In this document: positions 13,100 to 24,404 of the stretch, one piece after another
Layout: each line of letters begins with the position of its first letter
Position numbering within the stretch: the stretch's first letter is position 1
Assembly: GCF_006345805.1 (NCBI RefSeq)
Contig: NW_021836293.1
Span: 124,001 to 188,000 of the forward strand
Reading direction: 5' to 3'
Length of the DNA: 64,000 bases
Origin: Octopus sinensis
Taxonomy: Eukaryota
Translations under genes and position numbers: made by a program
Notes under the pieces: model-generated
Seen by the model: the letters and a program-made list of their open reading frames with translations, nothing else
Told to the model about the DNA's origin: nothing
Database searches by the model: none

Positions 13100-13343
13100 T
13101 CATCATAATCATCATCACCATCGTTTAACGTCCGCTTTCCATGCTAGCATGGGTTGGACGATTTGACTGAGGTCTGGTGAACCAGATGGCTGTTCCACCC
13201 TCCAATCTGATCTGGCAGAGTTTCTAACGCCAACCACTCCGAGAGTGTAGTGGGTGCTTTTATGTGCCACTGACACGAGGGCCAGTCAGGCAGTACTGGC
13301 AACAGCCATGCGCAAGCGGTGCTTTTTATGTGCCACCTGCACA
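13100..13343 (-). mobile_element. Short 3'-end fragment of the RTE LINE
   Basis: CATCAT-CGTTTAACGTCCG...CATGCTAGCATGGGTTGGACG matches the tail of the 6773-8307 element. Similar stubs at about 21233, 51207 and 57445. Confidence 0.85.
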
Positions 13344-13427
13344 TAAAATTTTGAAAAATTTAACAATGATAAATAGCTGTCAATTATAAGGAATTTACCA
13401 GAATATAATTCCCCTGAGGGAACTTAC

Positions 13428-13533
13428 AAGATACCATTTGTGAGTGCTGGGCAACCTAAACAATGGCGATATGGAATAAAATGTTCCATTCCAGAATATA
13501 ATGAAACACTTTCAACAGATTCAAACTCTTGAT
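13428..13533 (-). CDS. Candidate internal coding exon of an unidentified gene: (D)QEFESVESVSLYSGMEHFIPYRHCLGCPALTNGI(L/F)
   Basis: Acceptor cttcctgtttatag, donor gtaagt, 106 nt, only one frame open, outside recognised repeats. The plus strand also has an open frame and a gtgagt donor here, so strand is not certain. Confidence 0.45.
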
Positions 13534-14949
13534 CTATAAACAGGAAGTTTAGCCAAGACATATTATTTAAAATATTAAAAATTACTCTAGCATTGTAAGC
13601 ATAAAATCCCAATATTAGCCATGTTCACTGAAAAAGAGTATTGTTTTTATTATGTGTTAACAGTGTATGGAAGACAAAACAAATGAGTGTTTGATCAAAA
13701 TTTACATATTTATTAAAAGTATATGTGCAGCCATCCTATATATACCTAACTTGTGGTTACATATATTTATGAGTTAATTTCTCTTCAGTGGTTCAGGATG
13801 AGATTAAGCTTTGTAATAAAGTAGGCTTGTGTTAACTTGAGTTCCATAAAAATTGCAATATGTCACCAAAATTCTTACTGCGTACCAAAATTATTGCTTT
13901 GAATCTCATTCAGGATTTTACCAATGAAGACATTCACTACACACACACACACACACATTCTGTCTACTAATTTGTTCTCTTTAAGTTTGAAGTTTAAAAA
14001 ACATATTAAGAAAAATATTCTTAGATATAAGTTCAGGTTGATGTGCAATAAAATCCTGTCTTCTATGTAATATTAAGTTACAGTGATATATAATTATTTT
14101 CCTATAGCTGAGAAGAATATTTTAAAAAACCCAGTAAATTAAAGATAGTAAACATATAAATAAAATGTGCAGTATTTGAAAGTTTTGTAATATGTTCTCA
14201 GAAAAAGTAACCTGACTTTGTAAAAAAGTTTCTTTCTGCATCTACCAGCATCAACTAACTTCAGAGATCATACGGTCGTTTTTTCTTTATGCCAAGTAAA
14301 AAGATTTAAAGAATAAATATTTAAATAAATTACTGCGGATTTCAATCAATTTATTTTAGCAGTGACTTTTTGGTATTTTTTTTTCTTCTTGCTTTTATTC
14401 TGACTTTGCTGCCAGGGAATTTCTAAACAATATACATGCAGAAGTTATCAGTATATCAGTATCACAACTATAACGACTATGTGATAAAATTAATAGTCAT
14501 AATAATTATTTCTAATTAGGCACAAGGCAAGTAACTTTGAGAGGAATGAATTAGTTAATACCATCGATTCTAAGTACTTGACTGCTACTTTATTTTGTTA
14601 GCTCAAAAAAAGATGAAAGGTAAAGTTGACCCATGTGTGATTAGAACCCGCAAAACAGGTCTTCCAAAGTTTTAATGGTTCTACCAATCCAACTACTCAG
14701 TAAATTAATGGAAACACACACCAGTATAAATAAAGGGTACACCAGAAAAAAATATTTAGCTATTATTATATTCTTTTGAATTTGAAAGGCAAACAATAAT
14801 GAAAAATGTGAAAAATAATCTTTAAAATTTTCGATACATTTTTTTTTGCTACTTCTAATCAAGCAGTAAAATGAATAAAATAAACTTTAGTATTCTTTAT
14901 CAAAGAATCTAGAGAGAGGAAAGGGAAGAGAGCATCAGTTAATGTTAGA

Positions 14950-15610
14950 AGGGAATAATTGTTACTTTGCCAAGAGAAGTAGCTGTATTTGAAGTGTAGG
15001 TTAAATGTACAACTATAAAGGAGACAAGTGTTCTGAAGTGAGAAAGTAAGGTGGAGGTGGGGGTAAAAACAGCAATTTCCTGTTGTTCTGTGTTAATATG
15101 TCAATCAGAACAATATCATTCTATGCCCAGGGAATGAAAAGAGTTTCAGAAGGCCTGAATAAGGTTGGTATGAAGTTGTTGTTGTTTGGCCCCAAGTAGG
15201 ATTTGATCAGCAGTGAATATTTTGTTGGCCCAACTGACTATATGTACTGTGAGGCACCCCTGTAATATTTTCAATAACTTTTCATGTAGTCTGCTGTATG
15301 CTGAAATATCTCCTGGTCATGAAGAGAAGATGCAGTCCTAGCTATGCTAAGAAAGTGATTATACCAGGAGAGGTCATCAGTGACAGTGGGGCCAAGCATT
15401 TTGAGTGTAAGAGCTCTAACTGAATGTCACACATGTTTGAGAGTTGAGGTGTAGTGGTGTTTTCTTGATGTGATTAGGGTTTGAGTTCTTTTGCCATTAA
15501 ATGAAGTTCTCATGGATATACTCGAGGGTGTTTCTGAGGTCTTTGCTTATAGAATCATACAAGTTTGGCATATGACGTGTATGATCAAGAAAAGGTAGAG
15601 AGGAGTGAAA
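14950..15610 (-). mobile_element. Highly decayed L2/CR1-type LINE RT remnant
   Basis: Minus translation loosely resembles the RT region downstream of YADD (H-LS-LSTF...KCLA-LSLMTS...FMTRRYF); many stops. Confidence 0.4.
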
Positions 15611-16333
15611 GATCATGGCATGTACATATTAGAGATATCATAAACCAAATTCCAGCCATAAAGTGACAACAAAATGGAAAGAAAATAAACGTGGTTCTCC
15701 AAAATAACATCAGTCCTACGACTCAAACACTCAAAAAAATAAAAGAATAACATTCTGTTACAACAATCCTGGGACTGAAAATCTGACAAACAGATTGTAT
15801 TGTGTGTGTGTGTGTGTGTGTGTGCACGTGCATGCATGTATGTGTGTACATTTAAGTCACAATATACAGATTCAAGTATTCTGGTAGTACTCATAAAAAA
15901 GTTCTTTAATGTATCATTCTATAAAACATGTTGAAGATATAGTATAATACAAGAGAAAACCATAAGGAATATATAAAGTTATAAATGATGAGTGAAATAC
16001 TATGACAAAATTTATCTAACCATTGGAAAATTTCCATATCACAACAAACAAATTGTTTTGTAACTTAAAGTATGTAAAGATAATTTATTTTATAATATTT
16101 AATAATAAATGCATTACTTAGATGTCTACATTAATGCAAATAATCCTGTAAAGCAATGCAGAAATTAAGCTATATCCTCAGGTGAAAGAAAAATCTTTGT
16201 TCAATACTAAATTCTTGCCATAATATTTCAGTATTTAAATAGAACATTAAAAGTTACAAAATAATTTGTTGAGATATAGAAATTTTCCAGTGGTTAAATA
16301 AATTTCATCATACTATTTCTCTCATCATTTTTA

Positions 16334-16371
<38 letters not shown>

Positions 16372-16424
16372 TTGAAGTGTCCAGTATTATATATCCATTT
16401 CAGCCAATCTTACCTTTAAGTATC

Positions 16425-16567
16425 ACACTAGGGGTTCAACGAAGTGTTAGGTAACAGTCTGATTATATAACTCTGTGCTCCTCAGAGATGGCAGTTATGG
16501 AATGAAATATGGAGCTCAGGGTTACATAATTGGACTACTACCTAACACTCCATTGAACCTTTAGTGT
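16425..16567. repeat. Fold-back inverted repeat, 56-bp arms, 31-nt loop
   Basis: 16425-16480 versus reverse complement of 16512-16567: 45/56 identical, no gaps. Confidence 0.9.
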
Positions 16568-17768
16568 AAGATCAGCCAAACAGAGGTATAATACTATATA
16601 CTCTGATTAATATACCCACTCTACTGACAAATATATGAGTGCATTTTTTCTTATTTACACCAATAATAATAGTAAATACAGTGCATGTGCTTATTATTAT
16701 TAGATACAAGATTTGTTTCAATGCACAAATTTACAGCAAGAATCTTGGAAACTAGGTACAAATATGAAATATATCATCATCATTTTAATGTACATTTTCC
16801 CATGTTTACATGTGCCAGCCAGATTTTTACATTATTTCAAGTAATGTAAATTTTCACCATACCTGGACGTTTTTCATGGAATATTGGAAATGAAAGACAC
16901 TGCTTAAGTTAAAATGATGCTCATCTACAACTATAACTCAATGTCAAGACAAGGAAACATACACACACAAACATATATATATATACACACACACAATGGG
17001 CTCCTTTCAGTTTCCATATACAAAATCTGCTCACAAGGCTTTCGTCAGCCCAAGACTATAGGAATAGATGTTTGCCCAATATGTCATGCAGTAAAACTGA
17101 ACCTGAAACCATGTGGTTTGATAGTGAATTTGTTAATGCTACAGGTATGCTTAAGTCACTTTGTGCGTGTGTGTGTTCTATAGTTTCTGATAGTCCTCTC
17201 CTTAAACAATTTACAACTTTATTAAATCCACAAGACTTTCAGTCCATTAAATAATTTACAAGAAAAACTTCAAACAAAAGAAATCCCCTTCCCCAAACCA
17301 TTGCTTTTCTTTCTGGCTGTTTGCTTCAACCAAATTATTAATGCAGAAAACGTCATGAACAGAGTATTTAAAACTATCTTGAAAAGAATATTAAATAAAA
17401 GTAAAATGGTGGCTAAAATTGGAATCTATACCACACTTTATATACTTTTGGCTCAGAACAAGAAGATTCCTTGCCAACTAGACCAATAACCAAACAATGT
17501 TCTTATTGATAAAACAGTCTTATTCTTCAATACTGGATACTACAAAATATTAACACCCTAACATATGATTCTTAATGTTTTTAATTTGATAAAAATTATT
17601 TTTTTAAAATCTTCTAATAGATTCACAAAATTTAAACTTAAATACAGGGTAAAATGAAATTTTCTGAAATTTTTAACATAATAATAAACACATATTCTTT
17701 CACTTTCTTCAGTTAATTTTCATTCATGTTAATTTAATATTGACTTCAATTTTATAATTTTGTGCATT

Positions 17769-17856
<88 letters not shown>

Positions 17857-17966
17857 CATTTATGTATACATATATTCATATATATTTGTGTGTGTAAGGA
17901 GAGTGAGAGAGAGAGAGAGAGAAAGGTAGATAAACACAGTTATGCTTAAAGCATATTTCAAAAAAT

Positions 17967-18298
17967 CACAAAATACAGATCATAAAATAAAGAAAAAAAT
18001 TATGTAATGTCTTATCCTGACAGCTGTTTCAAGATAGCCATAATTTACATAATAACTATATTCATACATATTATTTTGGTTGCTGCTAGAATAGAATGGT
18101 AAATACTACTCATACTCTTGAAAAGTGAAGCCTAACTTACTTTAACAACTTCATCTGAACTTGTTGCTGGTTGCACACCAATAAAATTATGCATATTTAT
18201 GAATAGGGTTATTGCATAAGTTATGGTCATTTTGAAACAGCTGTCAAGATAAGACATTAGATAATTCTTTTCCTTTATTTTATAATCTATGTTTTGTG
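17967..18298. repeat. Inverted repeat, ~105-bp arms, 123-nt spacer
   Basis: 17967-18070 versus reverse complement of 18194-18298: about 17 differences over 105 (about 84%). Confidence 0.92.
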
Positions 18299-18521
18299 CT
18301 CCATTTAAATGCATGCCTCAAATCAAACTGTGTTTATCTAGCTTACTACCTCCATAACAAATCAATTAGGAAATTTCTTATAGCTGCTTTTGATGCTGTG
18401 GTGTTGGCCTTTGATAAAGTAGTTGGAGTTTATGTTCACTTCCATTTGAGCACTACTGTATACTATCTATACAGACCTAATTTTGCTTATGTTTTTTTCC
18501 AGTTAGCTTATTCATAATAAT

Positions 18522-18950
18522 AGACCGACACATGTTTCGATTGCACTAGTTGCATATTGTTGTATATTTATATGCAACAATTTATGCATCGTTAGTATGA
18601 TCTCTTCAGAGTATGTAAATATAACATTGTTTAAAGAGAAATTTTCCTCCATTATTAGTTTGAATTAGGCTTGGTAGTAGTAAACTATGACCTTTCATCG
18701 ATGAGTTGTTTTTCTCAACTGATTGTTTGGGTAAAATTCAGCAATAGCAGCCGAAGTGTTTGTTGAAGTTGGCAAATTTTCTTGGTCATTTAGGGAGTGG
18801 TTATTTATAGAATACTTTTCTTTTGAACTGATTCAGGTTACTTCATTGTCACGTGGCATTTTGATGGATTTCAAAATTGATTATATTCTTTGAATTTTTG
18901 TGAAGGTTATTAATGATAATTGTGGATAATTAAAAGGCAGTCAGAATTGT
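18522..18950 (-). mobile_element. Penelope-like 3' remnant with terminal hammerhead motif
   Basis: Weak similarity to the GIY-YIG C-terminus (KICQL..., F*NPSKCHVT) followed on minus by CTGAAGA-G...C-GAAAC..GTC at 18612-18522. Confidence 0.5.
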
Positions 18951-19174
18951 GGTTGGTAAAAGAAGTAGATAGTAGTAATTTTTATACACACACACACATA
19001 TATATATATAATGTGTAAGTAGTTAGGGTAAACCCAAGCCATTTCCTCTTGAAACACATGCTTATTTCATTATTACAATCCAATATGCAGTCTCAGTTGC
19101 TGCTGTACGTTATTTCAAAGTACATATTAAAATTGAGCTTTATGGAAATATTATTTGAAAAGTTATTGTATAAC

Positions 19175-19468
19175 AAAACAAAAAATTGAGAATTTTGGGA
19201 TATTATTTAGTCACCATTACATGTGTTTCCTTTCCTAATAGGAATTACAAAGTTTTAAATGTTAGATAGAAATATAAGGAATTTCCTATTAGAAATTCTT
19301 CAGACAGATATTAAATTATATTATTTAATAGCTCTTTCTGAAGAATTTCTAAAACAAATTCCTTATATGTCTATCTAACAAGTAAAACTTTGTAATTTGT
19401 ATTAGGAAATGAAACACATGTAATGGTGAATAAGTAATACCAAAGAATTTTCAATTTCATTTTGTTTT
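19175..19468. repeat. Long fold-back hairpin, ~145-bp arms, 6-nt loop
   Basis: 19175-19316 versus reverse complement of 19323-19468: about 16 mismatches and 6 gap positions (about 85%). Confidence 0.95.
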
Positions 19469-19476
19469 ATATATAC

Positions 19477-19536
<60 letters not shown>

Positions 19537-19709
19537 CAAGAGAAAGAGAGAAAGAGAGAGACATAGATAGATATAGATACATATGTATATATTTGTATTT
19601 ATATTTATATATATACATATATATATATGTACACATACACACACATGCATGCGCACACACACTCACACAAATGTAAACACACGCACAGATGCACACACAC
19701 ACACAAGAT

Positions 19710-20130
19710 CAAGACCAAGACTGAAGACTTCAACCACATTACTGCCAGCTGCTAGAGAATGTCTTCTAGATATTATCTTTCCATGAGGCTTGATGTGGTG
19801 GCCTGAACAGTTTAGAACAGTATATCGAAAAAGAAAACGCCTACAAAGGAAGTTGAGTATATTGAGACAATGGGTCATAAGAATATGGGTAGTACTTAAA
19901 AATTAAAATAGCCACAAGTTTAAAACACAACCGGCCAGATATTGTTATGTGGGACCACAAGGAAAAGATATACTCCATTGTGGATTCCAGCTACCCTCCG
20001 CACACCAATGTGGTTAGAAAAATACAAGAGAAAGTGGACATCAGTAGACCATTGATAAGAAGTTTATAAATCCAGTACCCAAGTTACACTCTCAACTACA
20101 TACCTATTACCATTAGAGCAACATACATAC
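19710..20130 (+). mobile_element. Restriction-like-endonuclease non-LTR element fragment (R4/HERO type)
   Basis: EDFNHITASC..MSSRYYLSMRLDVVA and KHNRPDIVMWD...IVDSSYP..NVVRKIQEK correspond to the CCHC/RHD and PD-D RLE motifs. Confidence 0.75.
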
Positions 20131-20386
20131 TGACCCATCTGGAGCAAAGTATGGTTGAACTTGGGATCTTGAGGAGAGAATGCAAATCCTTAATATTATA
20201 ATATCAGGGATTATAAAAATCCACTAGAAAATCACTTGCCCAAGGTGCCACACAGTGAGATTAAATCAGGGAATCATGTAGCTGGGAGCAAACATTTTAC
20301 CACACAGCCATGCATGTGCCTATGCAAAAAGTTTATACCTTTTATTTATAAGTTAGTTGAAAGGAATACACCACAGCATTATAATT

Positions 20387-21000
20387 TCAGATACAACACC
20401 TGAAATATTTTTTGCAAGCTGAATAGTTAACCTTAACAGAGTTCTTATTCAATAGTTTTCTATACATATGTCCTGGCAGAAAATGTTGATTTCTTGAATT
20501 AACAAACTCTTCAGTTATATTAGTTTTTACTGCTAGCTTAAATACTACGTTGTACCATAAAGTATCCCTTTTTCTATTCCTATTCTTATAGTGTGCATTC
20601 TTAGTGATTTTTGTGTATCTAATCTTATAACAGACCCCACTATTTCTAAGCACCTCAATATAATACCCATGTACACACATAAAAACATCTTTATCAGAAG
20701 GTAAAAAGGGTGTCTGTTTTCTAATAATGTCAATCAAGTTCTTCAATATGCAAGGTGGATGATTCGATTATCTATGTATACATACCAACTTCTCATTTGG
20801 TTTGTGGCATGGTGCGAAACTATTATTGGCCAGTCTTAATGTTGCATCTAGAAAATTCACAGCAATAAGGTTTGTATTTACTGAAATACTTTAATCAAAT
20901 CTTTCCTAAATTTGTCTAACTCATGACCAATACAATTTCTCAATAGATTCAGACCATCGTTATGATATAAACCACAGTTTATATCAGGAAATTTTATTCT
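20387..21000 (-). mobile_element. Penelope-like element RT C-terminus/linker remnant
   Basis: FLDATLRLANNSFAPCHKPNEKLVCIH and RKRDTLWYN-VF-LAVKTNI-EEF...NKNSVKVNYS, typical of the PLE RT thumb and linker. Confidence 0.8.
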
Positions 21001-21429
21001 CAGTAAATTAAGAACATATAGCACTCCCTATAATTTCACTCACCTGAGCAGCATGTTAGCATTTTCCCCAAAATTAGCACACTCCATCAATACAAAAGAC
21101 ACAAAATCCAGACATTCTCATACACACACACACACACACACACACAAATACTCTCTCTCTCTCTCTCCCACTCACATACATACACACACACACACATCTA
21201 TCTATATATATATATTTGAATACATATATGTATCATCATCATTTAACATTTATGCTCCATGTTGGCATGAGTTCGATAGTTTGACATGATACAGTGGGTC
21301 TGAAGACTACATCATGCTCCAATGTCTGCTTTGGCATGGTTTCTAACTTGGATGCCCTGTCTAATGCCTTTATAGTGTGTAATGCATGCGTTTTGTCATG
21401 GCATCAACATTTGTATAGTTACCACACAG

Positions 21430-21830
21430 TCTGCAAGACTAAGATTCTGTTCAAATCCCCAGTTGACTCCCTAGAGATAACTGGCATCTTCTGTTACCTT
21501 GGTCACCACAGTAGCAGTGAGGGTCAGTGTTCTAAAAGTATAAAAGCTAGAGTTAAAATGGGTTGTAAAAAGTTTCAGAGAGAAAATATTTATGCTGGCA
21601 GCAAAAAATTTCTCCCTCAGAAAGGCTTGTGATGCCTTGCTAGTGTAAGAAGTATCATGCATTATTGCAAAGGGACATAGTCCTTGACTGCAGAGAATTT
21701 GGGGAACTTAAAAGAAACGAAGGGATTATACTTCATTAGATATATAGTGTTAGTGTTCATGAACACTAAGTACAAATAGCTGAGAGGAAACCCCCCATAT
21801 AAGTAGAATCAGATGCAATGTGCAATTGAG
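21430..21830 (+). mobile_element. Older RTE LINE fragment
   Basis: LEITGIFCYLG..SSEGQCSKSIKARVKMG parallels LEVVDSFRYLGDQVSSGGGC..ARVRIAW of the 6.8-8.3 kb copy. Confidence 0.75.
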
Positions 21831-22019
21831 AATCTGTGTTTGTACAGACAAGTAGTTTGTAAGGAGATTAACAGCAGTATAGAAAACAGTTCAGAATCAA
21901 AATGAATGGAATCTGTGGAAGAGAGAGATCAAGACTTGTGATGAAGATTTCCAATTTATACATACACTTTTTTTTTTATCCCATCTTAGTTCATCTTCTG
22001 CTATCATTTTCTCTGTTAC

Positions 22020-22041
22020 CTGTTCTACTGGTTACATTGCC
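22020..22041 (-). CDS. Candidate 22-nt exon (GNVTSRT)
   Basis: Acceptor gttgtttttgttggttcag, donor CAG|gtaaca. Confidence 0.25.
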
Positions 22042-22691
22042 CTGAACCAACAAAAACAACATAGAACAGTGAAAACTTATTTGTTTCGTAATGCACACAG
22101 TAAAGTTACTGGTGCTGGTGTCATGATAAAATGCACTCAGTAAAGTTTTAAATGATGGATAGATGAACAGAAACAATGTAGTACCAGGTGAATCCTTACA
22201 TTTTGTCTTGACAACAACATGACTACTTTTCTAGCACTGGTGCAACAATACATTGCATTCAGTTTACACTTTTAAAGTAGATGATGTGAGGTAAGGCAAC
22301 AAGAGTTAGAAACCATGCCAAGAAAACAATATATGAGAGACATGGTCCCTTAGTCTATCTAGGAGTATAGAAACTCTAAATAAGAAGTAACTTGGATTCT
22401 GATGACTGTTCAACCCATGACTATATGGAAAGTACGTGTAAAATGATGGTGATGATAGCATATACATACACACATGTATATGTACACTCATACGTATTTA
22501 ATGCCTACATGTAAGCATAAATATGTTTACACATAGATCATTTATATATAAAGAGGAGACAAGAAAGATCACTTCTTCATATGTTTTCACTCATGTAAAC
22601 ATCAAAGTTAATAGATGAAATTGATTGTAAAAACAAGGAAACTTTATCAGTTCATAACAAAAGTGAAAAGGTCAACAAATTTGGATGATAC

Positions 22692-22762
22692 CCAATATTT
22701 TTAGTCCTTTCCTTTCTTCCAATTTCTCTTCAGAGACCTCCGCTCTATACCATTCCCAGATA
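22692..22762 (-). CDS. Candidate 71-nt exon (IWEWYRAEVSEEKLEERKGLKIL)
   Basis: Acceptor tttattattattttcttcaag, donor gtatca, open frame, non-repeat sequence. Confidence 0.3.
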
Positions 22763-23599
22763 CTTGAAGAAAATAATAATAAACATAAGAGTAAAAATAA
22801 AAATTAAACTCATTTCTCACACATGACAGACATTTCAACTATTCCAATTTTAGCAGATAAGGTAATAAATAATGGTCAGTGAAAAATAATTTCACAGATG
22901 TTCAATTTAGTGAAAAATTGACACTATTTAATGGAGCTTTTTATTTTTTTATCTTTGAGACAAATGAAAATATAATACTATAGAAATGTAACCGTGCAAT
23001 AAAAGAATTTGAAGTAAATCAAAGCAAGCTATACTTCAGTATCCTCTTCAAAATCATCATCATTGTCGTCATTGTCATCATCATTATCATCATCATCATC
23101 ATCACCATCATCATTATCATTTTCATGTCCACACTTCCATGTTAGCTTGGGTTACATGGGATTTTTGGGGTAGTATTTTAAGGCCAGCAGATACTCTTCT
23201 CTATGCTTATTCTTATAGTTGCCTTTTGCAGCATGCTGAGAAATGGGTGTACCTATTCTAAAAACAGGAGTACACAGAGGATATATGTACATATATGAGT
23301 GTGGAGTGTGGTGGTAGTGGTGGTGGTGGTGGTGGTGTGTGTGTGTGTGATGAATGAACAAAAAGAAGAAAAAACACGAGGGACAATTTTCACAAAGGTG
23401 TTAATAGGTTCACACTTCAAAAGAAAAAGGAAAAGGGTCTTTAACATTTCAGATATGGCATCCTTCATCAAAAGTAAGTTAAAGAGAAGGTTGTAGAAAG
23501 GAGACCCATCATTTTCTTTCCTCTTTTTCTTCTTGCATGAACCTACTAACACCTTTGTGTAATCTTGTCTCTCCTGTTTTTTCTTGTTTTTCTTCATTC

Positions 23600-23853
23600 G
23601 TCACACACACACACAAACATTATTCTTCCACCTTTCTACTTCCGGTCTTTCAATATGTGACCTCGTGAGTACCACTGGCGATTTTTTCCTCTGTCTTCCC
23701 TTCTCAGGATCTTTCCTTCTCCTATGTTTCCGACGAAGAGCTCCGCTCGAAACGTTAAACCCTCCTTCTTCCCTTCTTTCCTGAGCATCCAATAATACTT
23801 TATTTGTTCCACGTCCTCGCGTTGTTGTGTTTTTTTTGTTTTCTTGTTTGGAT

Positions 23854-23858
<5 letters not shown>
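23600..23858 (+). mobile_element. Penelope-like solo pLTR fragment abutting (TA)n, with hammerhead motif
   Basis: Inverted homologue of 3542-3750; retains CpGs, so probably younger. Confidence 0.7.
23726..23760 (+). ncRNA. Minimal type I hammerhead ribozyme motif (CCGA core variant)
   Basis: GTTT-CCGACGA-A-GAG-CTCCG-CTC-GAA-ACGT-T-AAAC. Perfect stem I GTTT/AAAC and palindromic stem III ACGT; U4 is C. Confidence 0.65.
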
Positions 23859-23917
<59 letters not shown>

Positions 23918-24049
23918 GTTGTGTGTTAATGGTTATTTTTATATTCACTTATAATAAAAAATTTTACATTAATCTGAGGGTTACTCTATACATTTGTAGA
24001 GTACCAATTTATTATTCTTAAACAAAAATATTATTGACACTGGCTTTAC

Positions 24050-24105
24050 ATTTTGAGCCAGTTGAACCCTTGTTGGGCTGCATGGTTTGATGATTGCTAA
24101 ACTGG
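24050..24105 (-). CDS. Candidate 56-nt exon (frame uncertain)
   Basis: Acceptor ctttgctctttcag, donor gtaaag; two frames are open (SLAIIKPCSPTRVQLAQN or QFSNHQTMQPNKGSTGSK). Confidence 0.25.
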
Positions 24106-24287
24106 CTGAAAGAGCAAAGTTACTGTCATTGATATTCTTGTTTAAAAATTTTGTGTTGTGTTGTGTGTGTGTGTGTGTTTTACTCAAAGAAATTCCAACT
24201 TTGTCTGATTTTCACATTTTATTTACAATCTTATAGTAATATAACATAATATAATAAAATGATAGAATGCTAAATGTCCATTCTGAT

Positions 24288-24332
24288 TGAACTAGTACTT
24301 TCATGCATTAAACTATGCAATCTTCAGGTTCA
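24288..24332 (-). ncRNA. Minimal type I hammerhead ribozyme motif
   Basis: TGAAC-CTGAAGA-T-TGCAT-AGTTTA-ATGCA-T-GAA-AGTACT-A-GTTCA: 5-bp stem I, 5-bp stem II, palindromic stem III, CUA cleavage triplet. Confidence 0.7.
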
Positions 24333-24337
24333 TGAAG

Positions 24338-24404
24338 TAGTGGTGACAGTTATATTTTACAATTTACAACAGTTGTAAATTGTAAAACATAACTGTCACC
24401 ACTA
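24338..24404. repeat. Near-perfect palindrome, 33-bp arms
   Basis: tagtggtgacagttatattttacaatttacaac-a-gttgtaaattgtaaaacataactgtcaccacta; one mismatch. Confidence 0.97.

Noticed and set aside
10000-14700. Plus-strand exon-like strings (about 10008, 10576, 13390, 14108, 14416, 14644)
   Set aside because: Individually plausible splice sites, but expected by chance in AT-rich DNA; no coherent or recognisable product, and they conflict with the minus-strand candidates.
20777-20850. Apparently perfect minus-strand exon (ttttctag|...|gtatgt, ATLRLANNSFAPCHKPNEKL)
   Set aside because: It is in-frame Penelope RT sequence (FLD...KPN..VCIH); the splice signals are coincidental.
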